Below are positions 1-9,815 of a DNA stretch of 61,749 nt, in pieces (position 1 is the stretch's first letter; every line of letters begins with the position of its first letter). This DNA is from a virus. Lineage: Duplodnaviria > Caudoviricetes. The notes below the pieces were generated by a model. That model made no database searches. It had not been told where the DNA came from and worked only from the letters and a program-made list of their open reading frames with translations. The position numbers were made by a program, and so were the translations under genes. The stretch covers positions 1-61,749 of IMG/VR virus record IMGVR_UViG_3300049846_002543; one strand, 5' to 3'.

Positions 1-321
1 GGGTTAAAGGAAGAGACTTATTACATCCTAGACTACGGCACATCAATAGCTAACAAAGGGGTAATCATATTAGATCGCCTGAGCTTCCTGGAACCCGTTG
101 CTAAAAGACGCAAGTTGTTCCTAAATAATAAGCTGTCTGATCTTATGATCTTCTCTCCACGGCCGCAGTTCAGCACCATCAGCAAGTCCCGTGATTCTGT
201 AACATCCGCATGGTTTGTCTTCAGGCGCCCTGAAAATTGGATGGATGGCACGAACATCGAGTTTCTTGTAGATTGGCAGTCAGTTCCGCCCCTCCCTTTA
301 AATCCAAGTGCACAAGATTGA
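1..321 (+). CDS. DNA methyltransferase-like protein, C-terminal part (5' truncated by window)
   Basis: Frame 1 is open from base 1. LDRLSFLEP...RPQF...DSVTSAWFVF resembles the C-terminal half of small phage adenine MTases. The catalytic motif would lie upstream of the window. Confidence 0.5.
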   Translation, partial: GLKEETYYILDYGTSIANKGVIILDRLSFLEPVAKRRKLFLNNKLSDLMIFSPRPQFSTISKSRDSVTSAWFVFRRPENWMDGTNIEFLVDWQSVPPLPLNPSAQD

Positions 322-637
322 GAAACTACACCGGGAACTGCTCGAAAAACTGACGGAGACAAACCGTGCTCTTGATCGCATCGCATCACTCCTCGTTTCA
401 ACCCAGTTACTCCAGGAGTGTGTATCACCAGACGGCGAAGCAAGAACTGCAGAGGAGTGCGCTACGATTGTGGATGAGTCTTTTAGCGCAGGGATGTGCT
501 TGCACGAGCAAATGATCGATGCGCAGAGAGACTTCAAATATCAAGTAGACGAATTTTATATCGGTAGTAAAGACAGTGACGATGAAGAAGAGGACGAGGA
601 TGAAGGTCCTTCTCCGCAAATAGCTTTAAAGTTTTAA
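308..637 (+). CDS. hypothetical protein (coiled coil, acidic C-terminus)
   Basis: 109-aa ORF overlapping the upstream stop; ends in DSDDEEEDEDE. Confidence 0.7.
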   Translation: MHKIEKLHRELLEKLTETNRALDRIASLLVSTQLLQECVSPDGEARTAEECATIVDESFSAGMCLHEQMIDAQRDFKYQVDEFYIGSKDSDDEEEDEDEGPSPQIALKF

Positions 638-672
638 TTCGCTATTAACCGGTATAGAATACTCAAAGATTT

Positions 673-692
673 AAGACGGAAATTTCCGTCTT
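673..692. promoter_or_regulatory. perfect 20-bp palindrome, candidate operator or 5'-UTR hairpin
   Basis: AAGACGGAAATTTCCGTCTT lies between a TAGAAT -10-like box (655-660) and the GTG start at 700. Confidence 0.5.
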
Positions 693-699
693 CCTTAAC

Positions 700-1485
700 G
701 TGTCAAATAGTACTAGGCTCACAGTTAACGGTTTACGGCACTATCGCTGTGAAGGTGTAGAGGTTCCTCTGCCCTCGGTCACATCGATTCTTTCCGCCAC
801 GCAGAGCGCCGAGACGCAACGTAAGTTGGCGCATTGGAACGCTTTAAATCCTGGTGTGGCGGATGCTGCAGCGGCCAGAGGAAGCTGGATTCACGAGGCG
901 GTAGAGAATCACATCAGAGGTATTACAGTAAACCCCAGAGAAGATCTAAAACCGTATTGGAAAGACGTACCAGAGAAAGTCGACGAACTGATTGGAAGTG
1001 GTCGAGTTCTGTGGAGCGAGAAACCTTACAACCAACCCAGTTGGTCCCGTTACGTGGGAGACGACGGGGTCGGTCGTATACATTATTATGACGCGCCCAC
1101 GGGTCACGGATGGGCAGGATGTTGCGACATCATCTATAAGGACAGCAACGGAGAAATCATTCTGGGCGACTTCAAAACGTCTGTAGGACCGTACAGCGCA
1201 AAGTTCCCTTCGAGCAAAGCTGACATTCCGGAGAACTTGAAGAAAGCCCTCATCAGCGGAGTCTTCAAATTCAAAAAAACGAAACTTCAGCTCGCCGCCT
1301 ATACAATCGCAGCCGAAAAATGCTTAGGAATTAAAATCTCGAAAACTCAAATAATCGTATCTACTCCCATACCAGAATACAGCGTTCAAGTGTTTAGTTT
1401 CGGAGAAAAGGATATAGAAAAAGACAAAGAAAATTGGTGGCAGATAGTGCGAAAATACTACGACACTCACGACGTAACAGGGTGA
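700..1485 (+). CDS. PD-(D/E)XK exonuclease (MGME1/phage exonuclease-like)
   Basis: PSVTSIL, RGSWIH, GCCD...GDFKT and QLAAY motifs; adjacent to the primase-helicase. Confidence 0.85.
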   Translation: MSNSTRLTVNGLRHYRCEGVEVPLPSVTSILSATQSAETQRKLAHWNALNPGVADAAAARGSWIHEAVENHIRGITVNPREDLKPYWKDVPEKVDELIGSGRVLWSEKPYNQPSWSRYVGDDGVGRIHYYDAPTGHGWAGCCDIIYKDSNGEIILGDFKTSVGPYSAKFPSSKADIPENLKKALISGVFKFKKTKLQLAAYTIAAEKCLGIKISKTQIIVSTPIPEYSVQVFSFGEKDIEKDKENWWQIVRKYYDTHDVTG

Positions 1486-1588
1486 GTCTCATCTAAGATG
1501 ATCGAATCTAGAGAGATTCGGTTGTTACAGAGCAAACCATGCGCGTTGCGCTTTTCTGTGCCAGAATGTCCGGGCCACAAGGGGTCTC

Positions 1589-4354
1589 ATGGAATTTAGT
1601 TATTCGTTCAATGAAAAAGTTCGCGAATACCTAAATCCCAAGACCGGAAAGATAGCTTCTGGCGGTAACTTTGCCGCCTTCAATGAAAACTGGAAAGCTT
1701 CCAGCGACACGACGAAAGTAATCGCCGAGAAGATCGCGGCGGGTACAGGTTTATGTGCGGCGCAGTTGATTGAAGGGAAGCGTAAGAGCGGTGACACCGG
1801 GTTCATCAAAGCCGGCTTAGTCATCGTTGATATCGATAATCAAGCTGACGGCAAAGATGAGAACGGAGAGAAAATAAAGGATCTTCAGTTAACTGTAGAA
1901 CAAGCGCTTGAACTAGATATATGTAAGAAGTATTTGTCGTTCGCGTACTACTCGCCGAGCAATACACCAGACTGGCCCAGGTTCCGTCTCGTATTTGGAC
2001 TCGAACGAGACATCGTACAACCTGACTTCTACCAGTGGTTTGTACGGCAGATCGCCGTACAGATTCCCGGCTCGGACAAGCGGGCGACCCAGACGGTCAA
2101 CCTGTTCTACGGCGGAAGAGGACCCGAGGACCTGATCTGCGCAACTGACAAATTTATCCCAGCCAAAGTAATTGACGAAGGCGCCAAGGTATTCGCCACG
2201 CTGCCGCAGGATCCGACCCTCAAGCATGACGCGTACGAAGCGCTGGATTGCACGATAGCGGTGGACGGCTGTCAGCTCGAACCTCTGCTGAGCAAGTCCG
2301 TTCAGAACATGCTGAACGATGGCGACGTCGAGGACCGGAGCCTAGCGATGGCTACGGGTCTCAAGGAAATCATCGGCTGGGCGAACTGGTGCAACGGGCA
2401 TAACGTCCCACTCACCGAGGCCCCTCTTGACGTCGCGCACCGTCTGTTCTACGCTATCTACGAGTACGCCCCAGAACTAGACGGCAAGTTCAACCGCATC
2501 CTGAACTCGATCGCAGACGCGACGAGCCTCCGACCAGCAGCAGCCATTGTGGCGGAAGACGCCGAGGCGGCGTGCTGGAAAAAAATCAAATACGCAAACC
2601 GTTCTGTATTTGCAGAGCAGTGCCCCGACTCCGTTAAGGACCGGATCAAAGCCAAAAAAGCACAACCAAAAAACTCTGTGCTTTCAATCGACGACTTCGA
2701 TCTCACCAGCGAGCCGTCAACCAAAACAACATCAACATCCACAAAAACACCCGACGAAGAGCCCATGGCTACTGCCACGCCGCAAACTCCCGCTCAGTTA
2801 ATCAATCTCCAGAACAACGACCGTGCATTCAGCGAGAACGATATCGCTGAGGTTATTTCCAGTAACTACGGCGATCAGTTTCTGTACGATTCCTCCCTGG
2901 ATGAGTTCTTTAGCTACGACGACGAGGAGGGCATCTGGTTCCTGAGCGACGAGCAGCACATCAAACGCCGCATTTTAAAAGCACTAGACACGTTTGTACA
3001 AACAGGTATTCTTCAGCGGTACAACAGCGGAACTGTCAACAGCATTTTCCTGTTGTTGAAAGCCCGTCTGCTCCGGTCCATCAAGGGCGGGCGTAAGTCC
3101 ATATGGACTTCCAACAGAGGCAAAGTGGCGTTCCGAAACGGCGTCCTGGACGTTGAGACTCTGGACTTTGCCGACGGTTTCCAGCGTGATCTTTATTTCC
3201 GCAGCCGTCTCGGGTTCGAGTTCAGCGAGGATCCCAACTGCCCTAAGTTCCTAACGTGGCTCACCTGGGCGGTTGGGAAAGATAACGTCGTCATCATTCA
3301 AGCGTTCTGCCGAGCTGTTCTTGTCGGGTATTCAACCGGTGAGCGTTTCCTCCATCTGATCGGTGCCGGTGGTTCCGGTAAATCCACGCTGCAGCAGGTT
3401 CTGATCGCCCTGGCAGGCTACGCAGGCACGCATACGTCCGACCTTGAGACCATCGAAACGAACCGGTTCGAAGGGCATAGTTTGATCGGAAAGCGGCTTC
3501 TGCTCTTGACCGACGAAGCTTCGTTCAGCCGCCGTCTAGACACCCTTAAAAAGCTGACGTCAGCAAGCGACACTCTGCGAGCTGAGCGTAAGTACGGAAA
3601 AGAGGTGATCAACTTCAAACCTGAGCTCCTCGTTTCCATCGCGTCGAACGAGCACATTAGCAGCTCGGACATCAGCAGCGGTCTGGAGCGGCGGCGTCTG
3701 ACGATCGTGATGAACAACGTCATCAACCCCTCCAAGCGCAAGAACCTGATCAGTGTGTATCCGGATCACATCGAGGGTGAGTTTGCGCCGGAGCTGCCAA
3801 ACATCGCAGCGTGGGCTCTCAGCATGGGTCATGACCACATGCGTGAGGTGCTGGCCAACCCAACTAAGTTCGCGCCCACGCTGAACACGACAAACATTGA
3901 AGCTCTGATCTTCAACAACCCGATCGTGGCCTGGCTGGCTGAGTGCACTATGTACGCACCTAATTCCTATACCGTGCTCGGTGCTGGCGCCCTCAAGCCA
4001 AACATCGACGAACAGGAAAAAGGTCTATACGTTAAAAACGCTTTTACGGAAGTCTATGCAAGCTACTGTAATTTCGCGAAGTGCAACGGGTTTAGAACGA
4101 TCGCTAAACCGCGTTTCGTGGATCGTTTGCGTGAGACAACGAACAACGTCTTGAAAGTACCCGGTGTGCAGTCTAAATTCATTAATGGCAAAGCTGTCAT
4201 TCAAGGACTCGTAATCAAGCCCTATGATCCGACCACGGATCCGCGTAACCGGGGTGATAATCGACTGCCGTCCCCGGTAGACTTTGCTGCAAACCCCAAC
4301 GTCTGGGATAAGGCGTTCGCCGAACACGACCCCAAACCATCAAATGCCGATTAA
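1589..4354 (+). CDS. primase / SF3 (D5/P4-family) helicase
   Basis: N-terminal primase-polymerase-like VDID and SPS...RFR motifs, D5_N-like region (FRNGVLD), Walker A GAGGSGKST, Walker B LLTDE. Confidence 0.9.
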   Translation: MEFSYSFNEKVREYLNPKTGKIASGGNFAAFNENWKASSDTTKVIAEKIAAGTGLCAAQLIEGKRKSGDTGFIKAGLVIVDIDNQADGKDENGEKIKDLQLTVEQALELDICKKYLSFAYYSPSNTPDWPRFRLVFGLERDIVQPDFYQWFVRQIAVQIPGSDKRATQTVNLFYGGRGPEDLICATDKFIPAKVIDEGAKVFATLPQDPTLKHDAYEALDCTIAVDGCQLEPLLSKSVQNMLNDGDVEDRSLAMATGLKEIIGWANWCNGHNVPLTEAPLDVAHRLFYAIYEYAPELDGKFNRILNSIADATSLRPAAAIVAEDAEAACWKKIKYANRSVFAEQCPDSVKDRIKAKKAQPKNSVLSIDDFDLTSEPSTKTTSTSTKTPDEEPMATATPQTPAQLINLQNNDRAFSENDIAEVISSNYGDQFLYDSSLDEFFSYDDEEGIWFLSDEQHIKRRILKALDTFVQTGILQRYNSGTVNSIFLLLKARLLRSIKGGRKSIWTSNRGKVAFRNGVLDVETLDFADGFQRDLYFRSRLGFEFSEDPNCPKFLTWLTWAVGKDNVVIIQAFCRAVLVGYSTGERFLHLIGAGGSGKSTLQQVLIALAGYAGTHTSDLETIETNRFEGHSLIGKRLLLLTDEASFSRRLDTLKKLTSASDTLRAERKYGKEVINFKPELLVSIASNEHISSSDISSGLERRRLTIVMNNVINPSKRKNLISVYPDHIEGEFAPELPNIAAWALSMGHDHMREVLANPTKFAPTLNTTNIEALIFNNPIVAWLAECTMYAPNSYTVLGAGALKPNIDEQEKGLYVKNAFTEVYASYCNFAKCNGFRTIAKPRFVDRLRETTNNVLKVPGVQSKFINGKAVIQGLVIKPYDPTTDPRNRGDNRLPSPVDFAANPNVWDKAFAEHDPKPSNAD

Positions 4355-4961
4355 TAAAACTCTGATCGCTACGTGCGCTGGATTCGGTCTCGCACTCAGC
4401 TCTGTTGTAATGCGGCCCGAGACGTTTCCTGTTCTCGGTGCCGCAGCAGGAGGATCCCTCGTTACAGCGAGCTTGATCACAAACAAGAAAAATAGAGAAA
4501 AAGAAAAAGCAGAGCAAGCGACAAAAGTATCTAAAGCGCTTAGTTATTGCTACGAAAATTTCAAGGGTCTGGTCTCGCCGCAGCAGTTGGCGTTTCACGC
4601 TGAGCTTGAACTGCCGCAAGCAGAAAAGCTCTTAGAAAGCTTGATGACGACTCAAAACGCAGGGCAACGTGTGGATACTCCTATGGGAGTTGTTTACTCG
4701 TTTGATCACCCTGAACAGATCTTGACCCAACTGACCCTTAACGCCAAAGCGTGGGCAGATAATCAAGCAGATGAGGTTATCAGAGAAAACGCTGTTTTAA
4801 AGCAACAAATTCAGATCATGAGCAGTCAAATCCAGACGCTCACAGCCGCCACGCAAGCACGAAACTTTATTCCACGGGCGACAGAAGTAGCCAATGAGCT
4901 ATTCAAAAAAAATAACCAAACCCCCGACAATATGGACGATCCTTGGAAAAATATGTTATAG
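4344..4961 (+). CDS. membrane-anchored hypothetical protein
   Basis: ATG at 4344 overlaps the primase end; two N-terminal hydrophobic segments and a C-terminal coiled coil. Confidence 0.7.
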   Translation: MPINKTLIATCAGFGLALSSVVMRPETFPVLGAAAGGSLVTASLITNKKNREKEKAEQATKVSKALSYCYENFKGLVSPQQLAFHAELELPQAEKLLESLMTTQNAGQRVDTPMGVVYSFDHPEQILTQLTLNAKAWADNQADEVIRENAVLKQQIQIMSSQIQTLTAATQARNFIPRATEVANELFKKNNQTPDNMDDPWKNML

Positions 4962-4976
4962 TTAAAGAACGCGCGA

Positions 4977-5019
4977 AGAAAGCCCCGGTCGTCCCCATGA
5001 AGGATTACTGGGGCTTTCT
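4977..5019. terminator. probable bidirectional terminator hairpin
   Basis: 13-bp stem AGAAAGCCCCGGT/ACTGGGGCTTTCT between convergent genes. Confidence 0.55.
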
Positions 5020-5034
5020 AGTAACGTCTTATAC

Positions 5035-7719
5035 TTACACGGAATATAACACTTTGTTTTCCAGAATTTCTATTTTTTGTATCAACTTTTGAACAGTACC
5101 GTAAAGGACAGCATAGATTTGATCCGCATTTAAATCTAAGCAATCTGGTATAACTTTTTCGTCTAACAGTTCCCCGTTAATAATTTGCTCGGGTTGGTAG
5201 GGGGTAACGACATTACCTTCCTCGTCCAACTCCTCTTCCACGGCGGGGAGGATCACCTCCTCGAACACTTGTCCGTACTTGAACTCGTGGGAACGAATCG
5301 CTTTAGGAAAGACACGCTCGACGTCTTGAGCGATCCAACCGAGCTTATGCCTATCGGGAACCTGTTCTTCTGTATAAACTTCGTCCTTCCATTTGAACCT
5401 CTTAAGAGGAATATTTTTGACCGCTTCGTAACAAAGATCCAAGTCGGCCAGCTCGATATCATCTTTAATGCGCTCGTCGGAAACGATAGTCCAGGTATTA
5501 GTCCCAGGTTTACCGGCAGAATCAGTAGAAACCTGAAGTTGGTAAGCGGGCGACGCAATTGCCCCTACTAAAAACTTTCCATCCGAGGTTAATCTGGCTT
5601 TTTCAGCAACGGAGGAAGATCCGTTGTTAGTAGAAAAAACTAAAGCTCCGCCAACAGAGGAAGAGTAGTTAGTGTAAACGGCTGCTATGGAAGCAAGTAC
5701 GTTCGTAAAGGCGCCTTGGCAGAAGGTTAAGACACTCGTCCTACCAAAAGCACCACTGTTATCGTTACAGATACTGATGCCGCCTAGAGAAGAAGAGAGA
5801 GAATTAGACGTATCTGTATTTAATACGCCAAAAGCAGAAACTAAACCGGAAGTATTAACGGTGTTAGATATTTGACCGTTAGCCGCTACATTAAGACGAA
5901 TACTGTTATTTGTTCCTATATAAAATGGATGATTCGTTAAAGTGTTTAAATAACTATATCCATTATTAGCGTCTAAGTAGACAGAAACAGAGTCATTTCG
6001 TGTGCGAATAATAGAACTCCCTGAACCTGATACATAGGCATCAAAACGAGTTCCTGGTCCCACGGTGCCGGCACCTATGTTGCCGGTAGTTCCTACCGTC
6101 TGGGAACCAAAATTAGGATCAATTTTTGTGCCTGCGATTGCAGCGCTAACGTTGACATCGGCGTTAACAATTGAGTTAGCAGCAATTGCAGTTGAAATAC
6201 TTGCTCCAGAAATTAGATCGCTACTTACGGAACCAGTAACGTCTCCCGTTAAAGCAAAAGTTCTAGCACTACTCAATCTGTCCGAAGTTCTAGAAGAATC
6301 TACACGAACACCGTATGTGCTTGCCCCGTTCCAACCCATAAGGGTCGGATAAGTGGACGTCCAAGCAACTTGAGCATCAGTGTTATTAACAGAAGTAGCG
6401 TCAGGAGACGTAGAAGCAGATGCGTCAAATATGGTGTGGTTATTTCCGTAATTTTTCCACCCCAGCTGACCTACGACAGCGGTTATTGTTCCGTTAGATG
6501 ACCAATTTGTTCTAATAGTAGAAAGATTAACAGCAGTAGTAGCTGTAGCTGAGTTGCCTGTACAGCTAGCAGAGCTCCCAGTAACGCTTATACCCCAAGA
6601 TCCAGAAGCTCCGGTACCGGTCAAAGTGGGGGCATAAGAGTTGTAATTTCCCGCGTGTAAAGCTTGGTTACCACCTAACAAAAGCGACGTTGTCATCCGG
6701 ACAGTACCGCCGGTCGTCCCGTCTACCGTATTGACGTAAAGATCTGCCCAAGCGGTTAGTGCATTGTTATGCGCAAACACACCTGCAATAGAGCCATAGG
6801 TGCCAAGGAAAGAGGCCTTATCGGAGGTGCTGTTTTTACTGAGGATTCGACCGTACCAAGCCGCAGAATTACCGTTGTTTTGGTTGACAATAGCTTGGTC
6901 TGCCGTAGCAGCTACATTCAGCGCTGTCGTAGCAGTTGTGGCCGAAGTAGCGGAAGTAGCGGAAGTAGCGGAAGTAGCGGAAGTCGCAGTACTAGCATTA
7001 CCGTTAAGAGTTGCAGTAATAGTTCCTGCACTAAAGTTACCGCTAGCATCACGCGCCACGATGGCGTTGGCGGTATTAGCGTTAGTTGCTGTGGTAGCGC
7101 TGTTAGAAACCTTGCCTGCAGTACTGATCGTGGCGAGTTTGGTGTCTGCAATAGCAGCAGACGCGTTTACGTCAGCATCCACGATCGAACCAGCAGCAAT
7201 CGAAGTCGCGATGCTGGCACCAGAAGTGAGGTCACTACTGACAGAACCAGTGACATCGCCAGTCAAAGCGAATGTCCGTGCCGAACTCAGAGCACCAGCT
7301 GTCGTGGCTGTCGTAGCGGATGTAGCGGACGTAGCGGTATTGGCATTACCATTAAGCGAAGCGGTAATCGTACCTGCACTGAAGTTACCGCTAGCATCAC
7401 GCGCCACGATGGCGTTGGCGGTATTAGCGTTAGTTGCTGTAGTAGCGCTATTAGAAACCTTGCCCGCAGTGCTGATTGTATCTAAATATGTATCTGCAAT
7501 AGGGGTTCCTTGCCAAACCCCGGACGAAATAATACCTACAGACAAAGACCCGCTTAGAGCGATATCGCTTGTCCACTCAACTTGAGTACCTGCCGCGTTC
7601 GTCTGTAAAAGTTGTCGGGGAAGTCCAGGAGATATAGCAACAGAAGGAGGTAAACTATCGCCCGCAGGTAATTCGGTAACACTTCCGCTAATGATTACAA
7701 GGGGAATGCGGGCTGTCAT
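5035..7719 (-). CDS. long tail fibre with C-terminal intramolecular chaperone (peptidase S74)
   Basis: Ala/Thr/Ser/Gly-rich repeats; SDERIKDDI cleavage motif and GWIAQDVERVFP chaperone motif. Confidence 0.9.
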   Translation of the reverse strand: MTARIPLVIISGSVTELPAGDSLPPSVAISPGLPRQLLQTNAAGTQVEWTSDIALSGSLSVGIISSGVWQGTPIADTYLDTISTAGKVSNSATTATNANTANAIVARDASGNFSAGTITASLNGNANTATSATSATTATTAGALSSARTFALTGDVTGSVSSDLTSGASIATSIAAGSIVDADVNASAAIADTKLATISTAGKVSNSATTATNANTANAIVARDASGNFSAGTITATLNGNASTATSATSATSATSATSATTATTALNVAATADQAIVNQNNGNSAAWYGRILSKNSTSDKASFLGTYGSIAGVFAHNNALTAWADLYVNTVDGTTGGTVRMTTSLLLGGNQALHAGNYNSYAPTLTGTGASGSWGISVTGSSASCTGNSATATTAVNLSTIRTNWSSNGTITAVVGQLGWKNYGNNHTIFDASASTSPDATSVNNTDAQVAWTSTYPTLMGWNGASTYGVRVDSSRTSDRLSSARTFALTGDVTGSVSSDLISGASISTAIAANSIVNADVNVSAAIAGTKIDPNFGSQTVGTTGNIGAGTVGPGTRFDAYVSGSGSSIIRTRNDSVSVYLDANNGYSYLNTLTNHPFYIGTNNSIRLNVAANGQISNTVNTSGLVSAFGVLNTDTSNSLSSSLGGISICNDNSGAFGRTSVLTFCQGAFTNVLASIAAVYTNYSSSVGGALVFSTNNGSSSVAEKARLTSDGKFLVGAIASPAYQLQVSTDSAGKPGTNTWTIVSDERIKDDIELADLDLCYEAVKNIPLKRFKWKDEVYTEEQVPDRHKLGWIAQDVERVFPKAIRSHEFKYGQVFEEVILPAVEEELDEEGNVVTPYQPEQIINGELLDEKVIPDCLDLNADQIYAVLYGTVQKLIQKIEILENKVLYSV
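6941..6987. repeat. 9-bp tandem repeat (GCGGAAGTA)n encoding (ATS)n in the tail fibre
   Basis: About 5 in-frame copies visible. Confidence 0.9.
7034..7440. repeat. 59-bp identical direct repeat (7034-7092 and 7382-7440)
   Basis: Exact match 348 nt apart, within a duplicated ~60-aa fibre module. Confidence 0.9.
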
Positions 7720-7838
7720 CGATTCTTCTAGTCTCGTTATATTTTAGATCATACGAATAAGCCCGGGCACTAAGGACATTTTCTACGGACTAACTAAAAG
7801 TCAAAAGAACTCCTAATTTTCTCCTAATTTTAAGTTAA

Positions 7839-8546
7839 TTAGGAGATTTCTAGGTTTTCAATAACGCGCCAACCTGCGACAGCAGGATTGTCGGACGCCA
7901 AGACTGCTTTTACGGTTGTAGGGACGTACGCCGACAGAATACGACCAATATCGTGAGCGATAAACTTATGCTCTTTCTGAGTTCCGTTGGCACCCCGGAG
8001 TCCAACGTAAAATATCCAGTCCCTTAATGTGCCCTGCATGTGTAAGCGCGTCGGAGTACACATAGGAAGGATATTTCTGGCGCATTCCCGAGCCACGCCG
8101 GACTCAAGGAGCGTATGGTACAGATCCTCAATATCTAAAAAGACTTCCTTGATGCGCTCTTTTAAAACTTCCTTGACGGTCTCGTCGGAAAACTCAAGGC
8201 TATTTTGCCGATCTTTAAAATCTTGAGCTCTCAGCTCAAAATCCCAACAACCCTCCCAGGCGTCATCCAGAATTTTATCAGGATTACAATAACGCTGAGA
8301 TAGCTCTTGATAATGAAAAGCCCTGTGACGAATAATTTGCGCTGAGATTGCGCGACTTGTTATAATCTCAAACGAAGCACAAACCTGTTCGAAAACACTC
8401 CAGTGCCCCTGATTAATACAAAAAGTCAGGAGCTTCTGGAACTCTTCTTTATCAGGATTCTTGGTGCTGGCTCGGGCGTGTCTAGCAACAACCTTCTCAG
8501 GGCTGTCAGTAATCCAGTCGAGCTTAGCGTTGTGCAAGCGGTTCAC
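7839..8546 (-). CDS. thyX: FAD-dependent thymidylate synthase ThyX
   Basis: HWSVFE, RHR-x7-SQRY signature, GVARECARNILP, QKEH. Confidence 0.95.
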   Translation of the reverse strand: MNRLHNAKLDWITDSPEKVVARHARASTKNPDKEEFQKLLTFCINQGHWSVFEQVCASFEIITSRAISAQIIRHRAFHYQELSQRYCNPDKILDDAWEGCWDFELRAQDFKDRQNSLEFSDETVKEVLKERIKEVFLDIEDLYHTLLESGVARECARNILPMCTPTRLHMQGTLRDWIFYVGLRGANGTQKEHKFIAHDIGRILSAYVPTTVKAVLASDNPAVAGWRVIENLEIS

Positions 8547-8703
8547 CGGCAGGCTGTTGGGTCGTAGGTACTATACCGATTGCGGATGCCACGCGCTCCA
8601 CAATGCCGGGGTTCTCCTTAATCACCTGCCCCGCCCAACGGTCGCCGTACTGCGGAATAGCGGAAGGATTGATGTTGATCAGAGAGCCTGCAAAACGATT
8701 CAT
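8524..8703 (-). CDS. small hypothetical protein (59 aa, MNRFAGSL...), absent from the ORF track
   Basis: Translated by hand; its ATG overlaps the TGA of the upstream gene (ATGA coupling). Confidence 0.6.
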   Translation of the reverse strand: MNRFAGSLININPSAIPQYGDRWAGQVIKENPGIVERVASAIGIVPTTQQPAGEPLAQR

Positions 8704-8831
8704 GTTCTGGGGAAGGTCTGTTGGTAACGGAGTCGCGAAGTAACCTCAGAAGGCGTCACGGCGGACATGCGTGCGGCATCTAAGCCAAACCGCTGTCCCG
8801 CCATGCGGATCGGAAAATCGTTGTCCTTCAT
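8700..8831 (-). CDS. small hypothetical protein (43 aa, MKDNDFPIRMAGQRF...), absent from the ORF track
   Basis: Translated by hand; ATGA-coupled at both ends; contains the IRMAG motif. Confidence 0.65.
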   Translation of the reverse strand: MKDNDFPIRMAGQRFGLDAARMSAVTPSEVTSRLRYQQTFPRT

Positions 8832-9319
8832 TTCCGCGAATCCTTCTTGAGCTTAGCTAATGCCAGCAAATTGTTCATCGTGTTGCTGCTCTGATACGGA
8901 TATTCGTCCGAAAAAGAAGGTGTATTAAGCATAGTTTGCTTAGGTACAGAAGTAAGTTGCTGCATCATCATTCGGTTTTTAGGGTTATTCTCATTCAGCG
9001 ACATCATGTACTCCGCCTGACTCATATCATCCGGAGATTCAGGCAGAGGGATATTGCGCTGGTTATAACCCGCAGGCCCCACAAGGGCCGTAGATTTTTT
9101 GATGTTTCCTTCGCCGTATTCGACGGGACCTACGGGAGGGCGACTGTAAATCCCGCGGTCATGCGCGAACTGAGACGACACACGATTCATGTCATCGAGT
9201 TGCGCCACACGGCGAACTCCCGGCATGGGCGGTTGATTTAACATGCCGAAAGTCGGCATCGCTAACCGAGGAGCAGCTTCAGGAGCTTTGCCTGAGTCAG
9301 AGCCGGGAACGATCGGCAT
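8828..9319 (-). CDS. hypothetical Pro/Met/Gln-rich protein (possible internal virion protein)
   Basis: 163-aa ORF translationally coupled to both neighbours. Confidence 0.7.
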   Translation of the reverse strand: MPIVPGSDSGKAPEAAPRLAMPTFGMLNQPPMPGVRRVAQLDDMNRVSSQFAHDRGIYSRPPVGPVEYGEGNIKKSTALVGPAGYNQRNIPLPESPDDMSQAEYMMSLNENNPKNRMMMQQLTSVPKQTMLNTPSFSDEYPYQSSNTMNNLLALAKLKKDSRK

Positions 9320-9543
9320 TACTTGTTATCTCCTCGGTTAGCGCTTCTGGATCGTACTCTTATGTTAGCGGAAGAATTATTGTGCGGGTTTCTGTCTTTG
9401 TGATCGACGTCTTTACCGTCTCCGTTGTGGACCCGACCAGTTTTTTCAAGATGACGTCGAGCCTTATTACGCGCCGCTCGCCGCTTTTTTTGTTCCTCAG
9501 TACCATGATATTCACGATATTCTTTATCGTAATCGCGGCTCAC
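9319..9543 (-). CDS. small HNH endonuclease
   Basis: RDYDKEY...RNKARR...GDGKDVDHK...N...NR pattern of small phage HNH proteins. Confidence 0.8.
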   Translation of the reverse strand: MSRDYDKEYREYHGTEEQKKRRAARNKARRHLEKTGRVHNGDGKDVDHKDRNPHNNSSANIRVRSRSANRGDNK

Positions 9544-9556
9544 GGGGCATACTAAG

Positions 9557-9790
9557 CTAAGACCACTTTAACCGCTTCTTGAGGGTAGAAAACAACTCAG
9601 GGTAATTGTTATACAAATCGAGCAGCAACCCATCAGCCAAATCCTCGATAAACCGCTGATACAGCCCGGTGTACAGGCCATCTGTACACTTATAGAACTC
9701 ATACAGCCACTCAAGGAAGTCGGCTCGATCCTGTTCAGCATTCGCGTCCCAGTTAGCAAGCAGATCTTCGTACTTGTCGGACTTGGCCAC
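9557..9790 (-). CDS. hypothetical protein
   Basis: 77-aa ORF in operon context. Confidence 0.65.
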   Translation of the reverse strand: MAKSDKYEDLLANWDANAEQDRADFLEWLYEFYKCTDGLYTGLYQRFIEDLADGLLLDLYNNYPELFSTLKKRLKWS

Positions 9791-9815
9791 GCTGGTTAAA
9801 ACTCGGCCTTTCAGT

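Noticed and set aside
700-1485. Cas4 / CRISPR-associated nuclease
   Set aside because: Lacks the four-Cys Fe-S cluster pattern, no array nearby, and sits beside the primase as an ordinary replication exonuclease.
6941-6987. Tandem repeat as a CRISPR array or phase-variation switch
   Set aside because: No spacers, and the 9-bp unit is a multiple of 3, so slippage cannot shift the frame.
6769-7585. Long + strand ORFs (238 and 261 aa) opposite the tail fibre
   Set aside because: Antisense shadows of Ala/Thr/Ser repeat codons, with no independent motifs.
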